This document shows positions 26,744-37,777 of a DNA stretch of 64,000 bases, piece by piece. The translations under genes were made by a program, and so were the position numbers. The stretch is from NCBI GenBank assembly GCA_010093705.1, contig MU006090.1, positions 744,001 through 808,000 on the forward strand, written 5' to 3'. Source of the stretch: Patellaria atrata CBS 101060. Lineage: Eukaryota. The notes under the pieces are model-generated. The model ran no database searches. It was not told where the DNA came from and saw nothing but the letters and a program-made list of their open reading frames with translations. Numbering within the stretch: the first letter of the stretch is position 1; every line of letters begins with the position of its first letter.

Positions 26744-27673
26744 AATTAATGGGCGACAGAAGCTCCCCTGTGCTTTTGCTTAGACGCGCAAGAGTAAAGG
26801 TATTCAGGGTACTGTACGCAATGAATGCTTGTTATATTTTGTCCGTTCGAGAGGAGAAGTTTCGCCGTCGCGAGCCAAACTGGTAATTATTGAGGAGCGT
26901 TCAAGCTTACTGGGAGGTGTTTCAGGAGGATGCGGGAGAGGTGATACAGTACTGTATTCAATGTTTACCTCCGTGACCGAGGCTCAGAACACCCAACAAC
27001 GAGCCAGTACGTGCACAAGAGGGAATTATTAAGAGGAGAAGAGTCGCAGAGCAAAATTCTACCAAGTTCAAAGCAGCTGTCTTCACCCTTCAGCCCCAGA
27101 CGCTTAACTCTCCAGCCTTGCCCGTTGTCATGTTTGCAGAGCCACCAAGTTTTAGAGGCGCAAGATGGCCAAGCATATGCCAGAACTACCTTAGTTCTAT
27201 CAATCCCAGGTGAAACTCGACGCATCCCTACCATCGCTACACCAATTATTATTATTGATTGACCACCTGCCCTGCCCATCCCTTCTACTAAGGTACCGTA
27301 CGTTCCGTATAGAAGTCTCTCAGCAATTGCGCCTCAACTCCCCGCTTCATACCGTCGCCTTTAGCGATCCATAGCAATGAGAGCAATCAGTACAGGGAAG
27401 CGTTCCGATTAATAGTAAAGAGGTACAGTACATATTAACTGTTGTGTCACCCAGGACGCGTTTAACCGACATCAGTAATCCGTGTTGCTAATTTCGGACG
27501 GCCTTACAGTAGAATAGTAAGAAAGTGACATGTTCTTCCTCCATTCCTGCTGCCCTCAAGGTCCCCTTTCAGATTCTCGAACAAAGCCGCTCCGGGTTCA
27601 GCTGGGCGTTTGCCAAGTCACTTGCTGAGGAGAACCTCTTCCTGATACGGCATCGTCAACGATCCAGGATCCA

Positions 27674-27718
27674 TAATGAAGAATCTAGAATGAAGAATCT
27701 AGAATGAAGAATCCAGAA
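27674..27718 (+). repeat. 14-bp tandem repeat (AATGAAGAATCTAG) x3
   Basis: Directly visible; the third copy has one mismatch. Confidence 0.85.
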
Positions 27719-27950
27719 TTCAAAATTCAAACTTCCAAATTCAGATTCCTTGCTTCTTAGATTCTCATCGGTGCTTTTCGAACTCAGCGCGGGTAACGTG
27801 ATAATGATGGATGAATATACAATTGTAGATTTTTCTGGCTAGCGAATTCTGGTTAGGGCGGGCCAGATTTCTAAGCTTATCTTATCGGTCGATCTCTCAA
27901 ACTTAGGCCCTCAATTACGATTGTTCTTTAAACGCCTGGTTTTTTTTTTT

Positions 27951-28525
27951 GGTCTTTTGCCTAACTGTTAGAAAAGAAGGAATCTGATATAATATCTAGA
28001 AACTCCGCGAAAAATTTCGAAGAATGATGTGCGATATGAATTTTCGGAAAAAAGTTCACTTTCTCTTAACGAGAGGAGAGACGGGGAGAGGCACGAGGTC
28101 GCAGTGAATTCGAAATCTTGGCATAAGTTTTTGGATGTATGAACGCTTTTATTCTTTGAAAGACGTGATTTTCTTTGGTCCTCTACTTAACCGTTAGTAA
28201 ATGTATAATTCAATATGCATATCTGAGATCTCCCCGAAAATTCTCGAAGATTGATGTGCGATATGAATTTTTCGAAGTTCATTTCCTCTTAACGAGAGGA
28301 GCCGTCATGTTGGGGAGGCGCGCGATTCGAAATCTTGGCATAAGTTGTTCAAACATTTCTTGCTCAAACAAAGTACAAGAACTTTTTTGACCTTTTGCTT
28401 AACCGTTAGTAAATTTATACTTTAATATAAATATCTAACATCGTCGCGAAAAATGTCGAAGATTCATGTGAGATATGACCTTTTGGATGAGAAGTTCAGT
28501 TTCTCATCTGGATGTGACGAGAGGG
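27951..28525. repeat. Three degenerate tandem copies of a ~215-225-bp non-coding unit (starts ~27951, 28177, 28389)
   Basis: Shared ordered blocks TAAC[CT]GTTAG, ATATCT, CGAAAA...TCGAAGA, ATGTG[CA]GATATGA and AAGTTCA in all copies; CTCTTAACGAGAGGAG and TTCGAAATCTTGGCATAAGTT in copies 1 and 2. Confidence 0.85.
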
Positions 28526-28778
28526 AAAAGTGAAGACGCGAAGAAAAGTCGCGTCGGCTTGACGTCGGGTTCCACGATCATATCGATAAGCAGGGCATCA
28601 ATTCTACCTACCTTAAAACCAACTAGAGCCGGGCCATACTTTTGTACCATACCTTAGACTCTGGCGGCTCCAAACACCACAGCTAGATACAAAATTATCC
28701 GGTACATACAATACTATACAGTCCCACGCATCGCCTTGTTCCAAACCGCCCCTCCACTCCTCCCAGCCCTATCCTACA

Positions 28779-29390
28779 ATGGCTCCCTCCCACAACACAA
28801 CTACAAAACCCGTCTCCGTCCTCTTTGTCTGCCTAGGAAATATATGTACTTCCCTCTCCCCTCTCTCCTCCGCAACCCTCTTCCCGCTAACGCCCGCAGG
28901 CCGTTCCCCCATGGCCGAAGCCGTCTTCCTCTCCCTCACGCACCCCCCAAACAAGCAACCCCATCCCCTCATCTCCCGTATCGACTCCTGCGGCACAGGC
29001 GCCTACCACCTCCTCTCCCCGCCCGACCCCCGCACTCTCTCCACCCTCGCCGCCAACGGAATATCATCCTACACGCACCTGGCGCGGAAGCTCGAGCCCG
29101 CGGACTTCGAGGCCTTTGATTATATCATGGCGATGGATAAGGAGAATTTGGCGTATTTGAGGCGGATGAGGGAGAGGGTGAGTAAGCGCCGGGGGGAAGG
29201 GGGAAGCGAGGAAGCGGGGGAGAGGGGATTGGCGAAGGTTATGCTGTGGGGTGATTTTGGAGAAGGAGGCGAGGAGGTCGTGGATCCTTATTACGGTGGT
29301 GGAGAGGGGTTTGAGGTTGCGTTTGAGCAGATGGTTAGGTTTTCGAGGGGGTTCTTAGAGAGGTTGGAGAGGAGGGAAGGTGTGGTTTAG
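28779..29390 (+). CDS. LTP1: Low-molecular-weight protein tyrosine phosphatase; exons 28779-28845, 28900-29390
   Basis: VLFVCLGNICRSPMAE after removing 54-nt intron 28846-28899; also DSCGT, FDYIMAMD and VDPYYG. Confidence 0.94.
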   Translation: MAPSHNTTTKPVSVLFVCLGNICTSLSPLSSATLFPLTPAGRSPMAEAVFLSLTHPPNKQPHPLISRIDSCGTGAYHLLSPPDPRTLSTLAANGISSYTHLARKLEPADFEAFDYIMAMDKENLAYLRRMRERVSKRRGEGGSEEAGERGLAKVMLWGDFGEGGEEVVDPYYGGGEGFEVAFEQMVRFSRGFLERLERREGVV

Positions 29391-29637
29391 GTGCTTTGAG
29401 GTGTTGGATTGGGTTGGGCGTAATGCTTGAGCTTCCGCATCTTACTGCCTTGTACCAGCGATGCATGATGTGATATCCAAAAGAGAAGCATTTAATCGAG
29501 TTCCCCCAGAACACTCTACGCTCCATATGCCCTTGAATCAAGTATACACACAACGTCCCTCAAACACCACTCAAATTCATCGTCCCTCCACACACCACCT
29601 ACAACGATCTCAACCACCGCTCTCAGAACCCCCAATT

Positions 29638-31089
29638 CTAATCTTCAAACTTGATTCCCCCTCCCCCACTCGTATCAATAACACCACCTCTATAGCTCCC
29701 GCGCTTCTTCTTGTTCTTCTCCTTCGTAAAGCTCTTCCCCTTGGTCACGATGAGGTCGGCGTGCGCGCGGTCCGCGTAGTCATAGCTCACATACTCGTTC
29801 GAAGCAAATTTGGGGTCGACGTATTGATCTTTGGGGATGCGGGAGAAGCGTTCAGTGGTGGATTGGGATTTTGTCGGAGGAAGGGTAGCGGAGGGGGAGA
29901 GTTTGCGCTTCTGGGGGGAGGAGGAGCCGGCGAGGGTTGCAGAGGAGGTGGAGTAAGTGCGTTCGGGTTCTGGAACGGCTTCTTGCGTTTTGTTGGTGTA
30001 ACTTTTCTTCTCCTTGGTGGTGGAAGATTTGTTTTCTTTGTTGGAGGATTTCTTTTCTTTGCTCTTGATTGGTTTCTTGGGGGAAGAGGAGTCCGAGGTG
30101 TCTGACGAGGACGATGAAGAGTCGGGGAGTGTTACTTTGGCGGCATTAGAGGAATCGCTGTCAGAGCTGCTGGAGTCGCTGCTGGAGTCACTGCTGCTAC
30201 TGGAGTTACTGGAGCTGTCAGAGCTGGATGATTTTGCCTTCTTGGTCTTTTTTGCGGGTGGAGCACTATCGGAGTCAGAACTTGAACCTGAGCTTGAGCT
30301 TGACGACGAATCAGAACCGGATGATGAGCTACTTGAAGATGCTGAGGCTTTTCGTTTCAATGTTTTTACTACTGGTTTGGGTGTCTCCTCGCTGGAGCTA
30401 GAGCTCGAATCAGAGCTTGACGATGAGCTATCGGAGGAGCAATTCGACGAATTTGAGGAGCTTGGAGAAGATGCTTTCTTTATCTCGGCAGATTTTGAGG
30501 GAACTGACGCAGCCGAAGACAATGGTTTGTCTTCTACCTCAGATTCATCACTTGAATCAGAACCATCTTTGCTCTCATCGTCGCCTTCGTTGCCCTTTTC
30601 CCCGTCATTGACATTGACTTTGGCATCAGCACCAGCATCAGCACCAGTATTGGTGTTAGCATTGGTATTAGCATTAGCAGTCGCCTCTAGCTCCTTTTCC
30701 TGTTGGTCTGCTTTAGCCTCAGCTTCCTTTGCATTGCCCTTCTTCGCTTTGTGTCCCACAGGATCAATTCCCAATTCGTTGTCGATCTCTCTATCTTCCT
30801 CCCACTCCTCGAATATTTGTTGTAGAGTTGGAAGACCCCTTGCGGCGCCTGTCCATGAGCAAGGTTTCGTGTATCCTCCGGTAGCCTCGCGCTTCTGTGT
30901 ATGTACTCGTACGCCATGTACAGCTTTGAGATATCCATGCTCCTTCAAAAATATATAGACAAGCTCAATTAGTTTAGGGTCTGCATTAGGATATTTCCCT
31001 TGTGGTGGAGGAGGTGGTCTCTTTGCGGCAGCGCGAGCTTTCCTCTCCTTCTTTGTTCCCCTAGCTCTTAGCTTCTTGTTGCTCGTCAT
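29638..31089 (-). CDS. SRP40: SRP40/Nopp140-like nucleolar protein (LisH-like N-terminus, Ser-rich linker, SRP40_C domain)
   Basis: C-terminal FSRI...YADRAHADLIVTKGKSFTKEKNKKKRGSYRGG and poly-Ser/acidic tracts. Start placed at MTSNKK (31089); upstream in-frame starts exist. Confidence 0.88.
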   Translation of the reverse strand: MTSNKKLRARGTKKERKARAAAKRPPPPPQGKYPNADPKLIELVYIFLKEHGYLKAVHGVRVHTQKREATGGYTKPCSWTGAARGLPTLQQIFEEWEEDREIDNELGIDPVGHKAKKGNAKEAEAKADQQEKELEATANANTNANTNTGADAGADAKVNVNDGEKGNEGDDESKDGSDSSDESEVEDKPLSSAASVPSKSAEIKKASSPSSSNSSNCSSDSSSSSSDSSSSSSEETPKPVVKTLKRKASASSSSSSSGSDSSSSSSSGSSSDSDSAPPAKKTKKAKSSSSDSSSNSSSSSDSSSDSSSSDSDSSNAAKVTLPDSSSSSSDTSDSSSPKKPIKSKEKKSSNKENKSSTTKEKKSYTNKTQEAVPEPERTYSTSSATLAGSSSPQKRKLSPSATLPPTKSQSTTERFSRIPKDQYVDPKFASNEYVSYDYADRAHADLIVTKGKSFTKEKNKKKRGSYRGGVIDTSGGGGIKFED

Positions 31090-31570
31090 GGTTGGCGTGT
31101 TAATACAGTAAGACGTGCGAATTGACCTGTTGAAGCCGACGGTGATATTTTTTTTTACGTGTGGCTCGTGATTATTGCGCCTTACCGAAACAGTGCTAGA
31201 TGTGGCTTGTTGCTTGATCCGCAAGCCGCACGGGGCGGTCACCTCAGTTAACCCCCGAATAACGAATGAACCTGGAAACTCATGCATCACTTCATGAAAT
31301 GGAAGAACTTCAAGAATCCGCTGCCCAGTAAGTCATAAGATAGAAGCTCATTGACAACCTGAGATTTAAGTCTCGAAGAATACTCACGTCCGACCGATTT
31401 CACTCCCCCGTATGCGCTCCGTCTCCATATCGTAACGTACTTCATTTACCTCATGGACACGTTGATTGTCACAGGTTCATGGGCTTTCATCAACCCGGCA
31501 CGTTGGGTTTGATTGTGAGAGTCACAAGGAATCAAACAAGAACCGGGAAGTCATATTCATCTCGTTCACC

Positions 31571-34500
31571 ATGGACGGACCCAATGGTTCCCGCGGCCGG
31601 TTACTGCAACCAAATGGCTCGGCCGGGAATTCGAGCACCAGTCTCAATTCCAGTCGACCGTATGGAGGATCATCCATAACTTCTCCACCTAGCACTGTTA
31701 CTCCCGTGACAACTCGCGCGGAAAAGTTCGAGGACGAGAAAAGAAGGATGATTGAGAGCTGCTTCTCCAAATTAGATAACAATGGAGGTTCCAGTATGCA
31801 ATAAGTTCGAGTCGACGGATCATGGTGTCATAGTCGCTAACGGTCATGCAGTCTATGAGTCCTACATAACACACATTCGCGTGATAGAAGATGCTGCGTA
31901 TCCCCAAACGCCACCACCACCAGACTCACCTCCGTCGAACAAGAAGTCGAGAGTCATCATTGTCTCTGTGCGCAATACTGGGCGAGTGCGCGTACATAAG
32001 GCTCGTGAGAATCAGAACGGGACATTCTCGATTGGTAAAACATGGAATCTGGAAGACCTCAGCGCCTTAGAAGTTTTCAATGGCCCAGATCCGACTCAGA
32101 GCGAAGAGGAAGTCAGATGGAGGGAATGGGGTGGCGAGCTAGGGTTCGTAGTGACACTTGCAAAAAATTATTTCTGGATGGCTAGCACGGCGAAAGAGAA
32201 GGAATTCTTTATCGCTAGCTTGGTCAAGATATTTAAGAAATACACTATGGGAAGGGTCCCTGAGCTTCGCGGCTTTTCTCAGAGGGATATAGACCAGATG
32301 CTACAAGGACCAGGTACCTCCACATCTTCAGATAGAAGCGGACCACCTAGTGCGAATGCGAGATCACCCCAACGGAGAGCCGCTGGCTTACCAGGACCTG
32401 GACACCAAAGACCTCCCTTCTCGCCAGTAGATGCTTCGTACCGGTCATCTCCAGATCCGACCATAACATCTCAGCCCTCTTCTCCTACGCCACGAAATAG
32501 ACCGCCTACATCTGGCGATGATGGTCCCACTCCGACGTCAGCTCCTGGACAGAGATTTCCTCAGATACCTCTATCTCGAGAACCCAATCGTTTTCCTAGG
32601 ACTCAGCCATCCCGAGAAGCTGATTTGCGCCACCCCCCTCCAAGTCGTGATATGCAAGGTCCCCCATCACCGTATGCTCGACCGCCAGGACGATTAAGTC
32701 CACAGTCTTCCCGTTCTGAACTTAGACCGCAAAGGCAACCCTCACCAGACGCGTCGAGTGTATCGTCAAGAGAACCTCCACCAAGACGTCCCCAACAAAG
32801 TCCACGCAGAAGAGTTTATCCACCACCAGGTGATGAGGTTGATCAAATGCCTTCCTCTACATCCGATGGCTCTATGCTGGCAAGTTCAACGACAGACAGG
32901 TGGAGGCCAGTGAATGGGCTACCGGCGAGACCAAAACGGGAACCGTCACCGAGTGGATCAAATCTCCGTCCTCCGACATCGCATAGTACAAACAGCTCCA
33001 GGAATGAGGAGTCATCAGATGAGAGATTTAGAAACCAACCGCCAGAGAGAAAGCGGCCGCCAATGTCAGATCCACAACTAGGTGGAAGCCAACGAAGTCT
33101 GCGTAGTGAGACGGCTAGTACAAATAGTGATTATCCTCCACCTCTAGCAAGTCCGCGGGTACGAAAGCAGGAATCTCCAGCACGCAGTGAGCATGATGGA
33201 ATCGCAGATGCTCTTACGCGACAAATGCCCGGCGCTTTCTCTCCACCAACTACTCGTCCAGATACTCCTTCGTCGCTAAAGATTACAAAGTCGCAGTCAC
33301 AACAATCACATCAGTCGTCAGACTCAGCACCGCCACCCGTAGCGCAGACTATTCAGCCACAAGAAAATTCGAGACCTATCTCACCCCCCGACACAACAGT
33401 TACAACTTCTGATACCCCTGTCAGCCCTATCGACTTGAAAAAGGAAAATGAACCAAAAGAAGAGGCGCCCTCAAAACCTGGACTGGGCCCTATGGTCAAA
33501 ATGGCGGCGAACAAAAACATAGCGGATACACTTCGAAAAGCAGCAAATGCTTATGGTGCATTTAAACCCCGCGCTGGTGGTGGCGCCGCTAGATTCTTTG
33601 CGAGCAAAGAAGATCCGACAAAGGATAACGAGGAGCCGAACGGTATCACTGGCGTTGTACCTGCCCCTTCGTTGGCTCGATCAGGAAGTCTCGAGCAGGC
33701 GCAAAGCCAAACTCCAGATGTTCCTGCTCCACCTAAGGAAGAAATGCAAGATGAACCTAAGCTTTCTCCTGTAGATACCACCGCACCTGACGTTCCTGAG
33801 CTGAAAATCACAAGTCCGGTCTCCGCACGACCCACTTCAGTAACTCTAGAAGACACTAGTCCGCAAAAACGGAAGCAAGAGACTGAAATACCGTCTAAGT
33901 CACCAGAAAAAGCTCCTTCAACAGAAGTCGATCTTCAAGAAGCAAGGAAAAAGAGACGGAGATCGAACCAACATGCGAAGTATCTCTCTGCCCTTGGTGT
34001 CGACCCCGTTCTGTTTGAAGGCCGTGGGCTTGATTTCGAGGCTACACTGAGCGATTTTGGGTGGGGTACGAAAGTAATGGAGGCGAAAGATATCTCCGCC
34101 CTTGAAGCCGACATCCGACGAGAGATCGGTCGCGTTGAAGCAGGCAGCTGGTTAGGTCATCTAGAGCAGAAAGATGACCGGGTTGAAGCCGTAGAGAAGA
34201 TGCTCGATCGGGCTATCGCCGAATGTGATGAGCTTGAAGGATTGCTGACTCTCTACGGCGTAGAACTCAGTAGTCTAAACGAGGATGTCGCTTACATAGA
34301 AGCACAGTCGCAGGGTCTGCAAGTCCAAACCGCCAATCAGAAGTTATTACAATCGGAGCTTTCGACATTGGTAGATACAATCTCTATCACCCCACGAGAT
34401 CTAGAGCCGCTTAAGCGAAGTTCTTTAGCGACAAAAGATGGCCTTGAATCTATCGAACACTCTTTACTATTACTTTATAAAGCGATGATTACCATTGACC

Positions 34501-36384
34501 CCAATATCCGTGGAGCTGAGGATCAGAATAAAACTTCTAATGCTAACCAAGGAATCAATGAGCTTTCTTCTATGCGCTCCTTGCAAGAGAAGAGGGATAT
34601 ATACAGTAATGAGAGTCAGCTGTTCCTAGAAAGATTGAAAGTCTACATGGACCATACCTTCGGCGCCGCACTCTTCAATACAAAAGACGCCTTAGCAAAG
34701 TATAGCGCTACGATGAGCTCGACGGGCAAACTTAGGTCCGAGCCGCACGATGTAGCTCGGAACGAGTTATGGAAGTATAGCCCTCTGCTACTGTTCGCAA
34801 AAGAGATCAGCATGCCCTCTTGGGAAGCCCTTGTCAAGATGTATCAAGTAAGAGCGAAACCGCTGTATAAAGAAGAGTTCAGCGACGATACTCTGGCTTG
34901 GAAAAAGCAAGCCCGAAAACCAACAGGAGAGGAACAAGAACTCCTATTTACATCGCAAGAGAAAGAAACGGAGGGTATGGCTACCACTGCGCGCAAGTTG
35001 ACCGTAAAACGCAGCCAGACTCTCGCCAAAAGCTTACGATCAGGTTCAAGTGATAAACCCGGATCCCGAAGCAAGGGTGAGAAGGGCAAATTGCAACATT
35101 TTGAGTCATTCACCGGCGCTCTGGAAGAGATGTCTCCGCTCATTTTCATAGAGCAGAACTTCATCGTTGACTTTTTCCATGCATCCTCTGGAGAGAGTAT
35201 CGATTTCTCCGATGCTGTATTGGCTGCGGCACCAGGGGCAAGGAAGGGTACTAATTTACATGCTCGAAAGCTATTCGAAACTGATCGTGATATGGCTAAG
35301 AAAGTTATGGAGATCATGGACGATATGTTTTCTTTCTGGGCCGGCGATCTACAGAGCATGATCGAATGGGCTCTTAATGCTGATCAGCTGCAAGGTGTTG
35401 GTATCCTCTTCGCCATGGAACGTACCCTCATCAATTATGAGGAGACTAACCAGGATTTCATAACGCGAACACTCCAAAGCCTCCATAACCGCCTCCAGGG
35501 CATGTTCACCCGCTTTGTCGATGACCAAATTCGAGCGATAGAAGATACAAAGGTCAAGATCAAGAAACGCAAGGGCGTCATCGCTTTCATCCGTATATTC
35601 CCCAACTTTTCCGCCGCCATCGAGAACATGCTCCCCAGTGACGACCTCAGCTACGGCATTGAGCGTCTAGAGATCCGAAGTATGGTCGACAAATCGTACG
35701 AAAAAATCAATAAAGCTATGTTCGAAAGCCTGCGTGTCATCGCAAAGGAGAGTCCGGGCGTCCAAGCTGGCGTACAAGCCGGTGGTGCAGATCCCGAGGA
35801 TAAGGAGGCGCTGAATTATCATATTCTGCTCATTGAGAATATGAACCATTATGTCGAGGAAGTTGACGATAGGAATGTTCCAGTGCTTGCAGAGTGGAAG
35901 AACAAGGCCATCCAGGAGATGGAGGAGCATTTAGGGTTGTATGTTGATGCGGTTATTAGACGACCGCTTGGAAAGTTATTGGTAAGTATCAGTATAAGTC
36001 CCGTATTTTTAACCCAAGATTAACCATGAACAGGACTTCCTCGACACCCTAACTCCGCTCCTGACCTCCCTTCCCCCTGGTACCCCGGCGTCCTCCCTGG
36101 CATCCCGCCCTACGCACACCAAATCCATCTTTAAGAAACTCCTTTACGCCACTTTTGACTCCAAGGAATTGCGACATGATGTCCAGGCCTTGAAGAAGCG
36201 AGTCGACAAGCACTTCGGAGAGAGCGATGAGGGACAGATTAGTCGAGAGCTAGTCGCGAAGGTGTTGAAGAGGTGTGAGGAACGATATCATGAAGTTAGG
36301 GAAAGGGTTGTGGAAGTTAGAGAGAGGGTCTATGGAGGAGAAGGGGATGAGGTGGGTGATGTAGGCGCTGCATGGAGGAGATAG
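31571..36384 (+). CDS. SEC3: Exocyst complex component Sec3; exons 31571-31793, 31852-35981, 36034-36384
   Basis: N-terminal PIP2-binding PH-like region (RAEKFEDEKRRMIESCFSK, YITHIRVIED, SIGKTW), Pro/Ser linker, Sec3_C (IEAQSQGLQVQTANQKLL, KIKKRKGV, LNYHILLIENM), last exon LKKRVDKHF. Confidence 0.94.
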
Positions 36385-37066
36385 GGTGAAAGAAAGAAAA
36401 AGGGAAAGATGTGTGCATAGGGGCTGTAGGAATGAAAGGTGAGGAGGCGCATCGTCGGCGTTCATTTTGCAAGTTAAACATCCTGTCGGCATCGGCATCT
36501 GGGTGAGTTTTGAGTACGGCTAAGGACATTCGATGGGAAGCATAGGGCACACTTTACTTGTTAGTTCGTTGAACTTGGATCATGTGAAGGATACGTGTAG
36601 ATATCTTGGCGGTGTTTGGTGTATACAATACCTTCTGGTCTGATATCCAATGTCTTTTCCGCTACAATTGTTCTTGTATTGTTCACGTAAGAGAATACGA
36701 GTTCATTCATTCCATTTGATTGCTACCTAAGAAGAAGGTCTACTCTATTTATAATGGAAGCTCGGTTCAACTCCTAACTCCATTCAGGACGACTTCATCG
36801 TCATGGCCAGTCCTTTGAGTAGGCAATACTGTGATCTACCGTGATGATCGTAACCCCAAATCTATCGAAGCCCAGTAGAGGAAGTTAATATCTTGTGCTA
36901 ACCGTACAATCCTATGACAAGGCTAATATCAGACAATCCGCCGTTCGAATAAGAGGTAAAAGGAAAAGCCTTGTGTAGATTACATGGTGCTGCGACCATC
37001 TCGGAAGTGTATCCGTCCGCCGGAATAAGTAAATATGTAGAAATAACACGTTCCGAGGATAATCGC

Positions 37067-37777
37067 TTAGACTATATGCCCTTCAACCCCTGAAAATTCA
37101 TCTTCCCTTGTGTCGTCACTGGTTTCAACAGTCTTCCATGGCTCACCGTTTTGCGTTCTCGTCGACTCGAGCTCGGTTTGGCCGAGATATGGGTTTCCAA
37201 TTCCGTTCCGATGGTACTGAACCTTCAGGTATCTGAGAGATGGTAGCACGGCTAGTCGTCTAGTAATCTCTAGAGCAACGCGCGGGGTATCAGGTTGAAT
37301 TGGAAAGATATCAATAGTTAGGCTCTCGAGGCGCACCATCTTCTTCGTGTCGTTCTCCAGAAGATTCACCCAGCGCTGGGGTCTGGGATTCAGTCGTTCT
37401 CCAGTGGTACGATGATAGATAACGCAAGCTCGGACGTGTTTTAGAAACACAACAGCTTGTTCGATTTTCCGACACGGATTGAAGTACCGGTCGTTGTTAT
37501 CCAAATACCGTAGGTGAGGGTTGCTCTGAAAGGTAAACATCTTTGTCCGCGTAATGACCCGGTCGAATGCTTCAGTGAATTCCGTATGGATCTGACGGTT
37601 GCAGAGCAGCATTACAGCATGCGGACAATGTTGATTCGTAGGACAGTGCTCATGGTCGTGAATGATCTGCTCGTATATTAAGTCTCTGAGCTCGCGCGGC
37701 GGCTTAAAGAAGACGGAATTTGTGCTTGTGGGGTTGTCCTGCTGTTTCTCATTCTGAATTGGAGGAGGTTCAGGCAT
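37067..37777 (-). CDS. Hypothetical protein with N-terminal F-box-like motif (FFKPPRELRDLIYEQI)
   Basis: Intronless 236-aa ATG-started ORF with upstream TATAAA-like element; LP.E.R..IY-type motif. Confidence 0.65.
   Translation of the reverse strand: MPEPPPIQNEKQQDNPTSTNSVFFKPPRELRDLIYEQIIHDHEHCPTNQHCPHAVMLLCNRQIHTEFTEAFDRVITRTKMFTFQSNPHLRYLDNNDRYFNPCRKIEQAVVFLKHVRACVIYHRTTGERLNPRPQRWVNLLENDTKKMVRLESLTIDIFPIQPDTPRVALEITRRLAVLPSLRYLKVQYHRNGIGNPYLGQTELESTRTQNGEPWKTVETSDDTREDEFSGVEGHIV

Noticed and set aside
29461..30105. 214-aa + strand ORF
   Set aside because: Antisense to the SRP40 C-terminus; low complexity from GC skew.
30014..30958. 314-aa + strand Leu/Glu/Ser-rich ORF
   Set aside because: Antisense shadow of the Ser-rich SRP40 coding sequence; no independent features.
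31090..31290. 67-aa N-terminal extension of SRP40 in the ORF track
   Set aside because: Looks like promoter sequence (A-tract/RRPE-like) rather than protein; MTSNKK is the more plausible start, though not proven.
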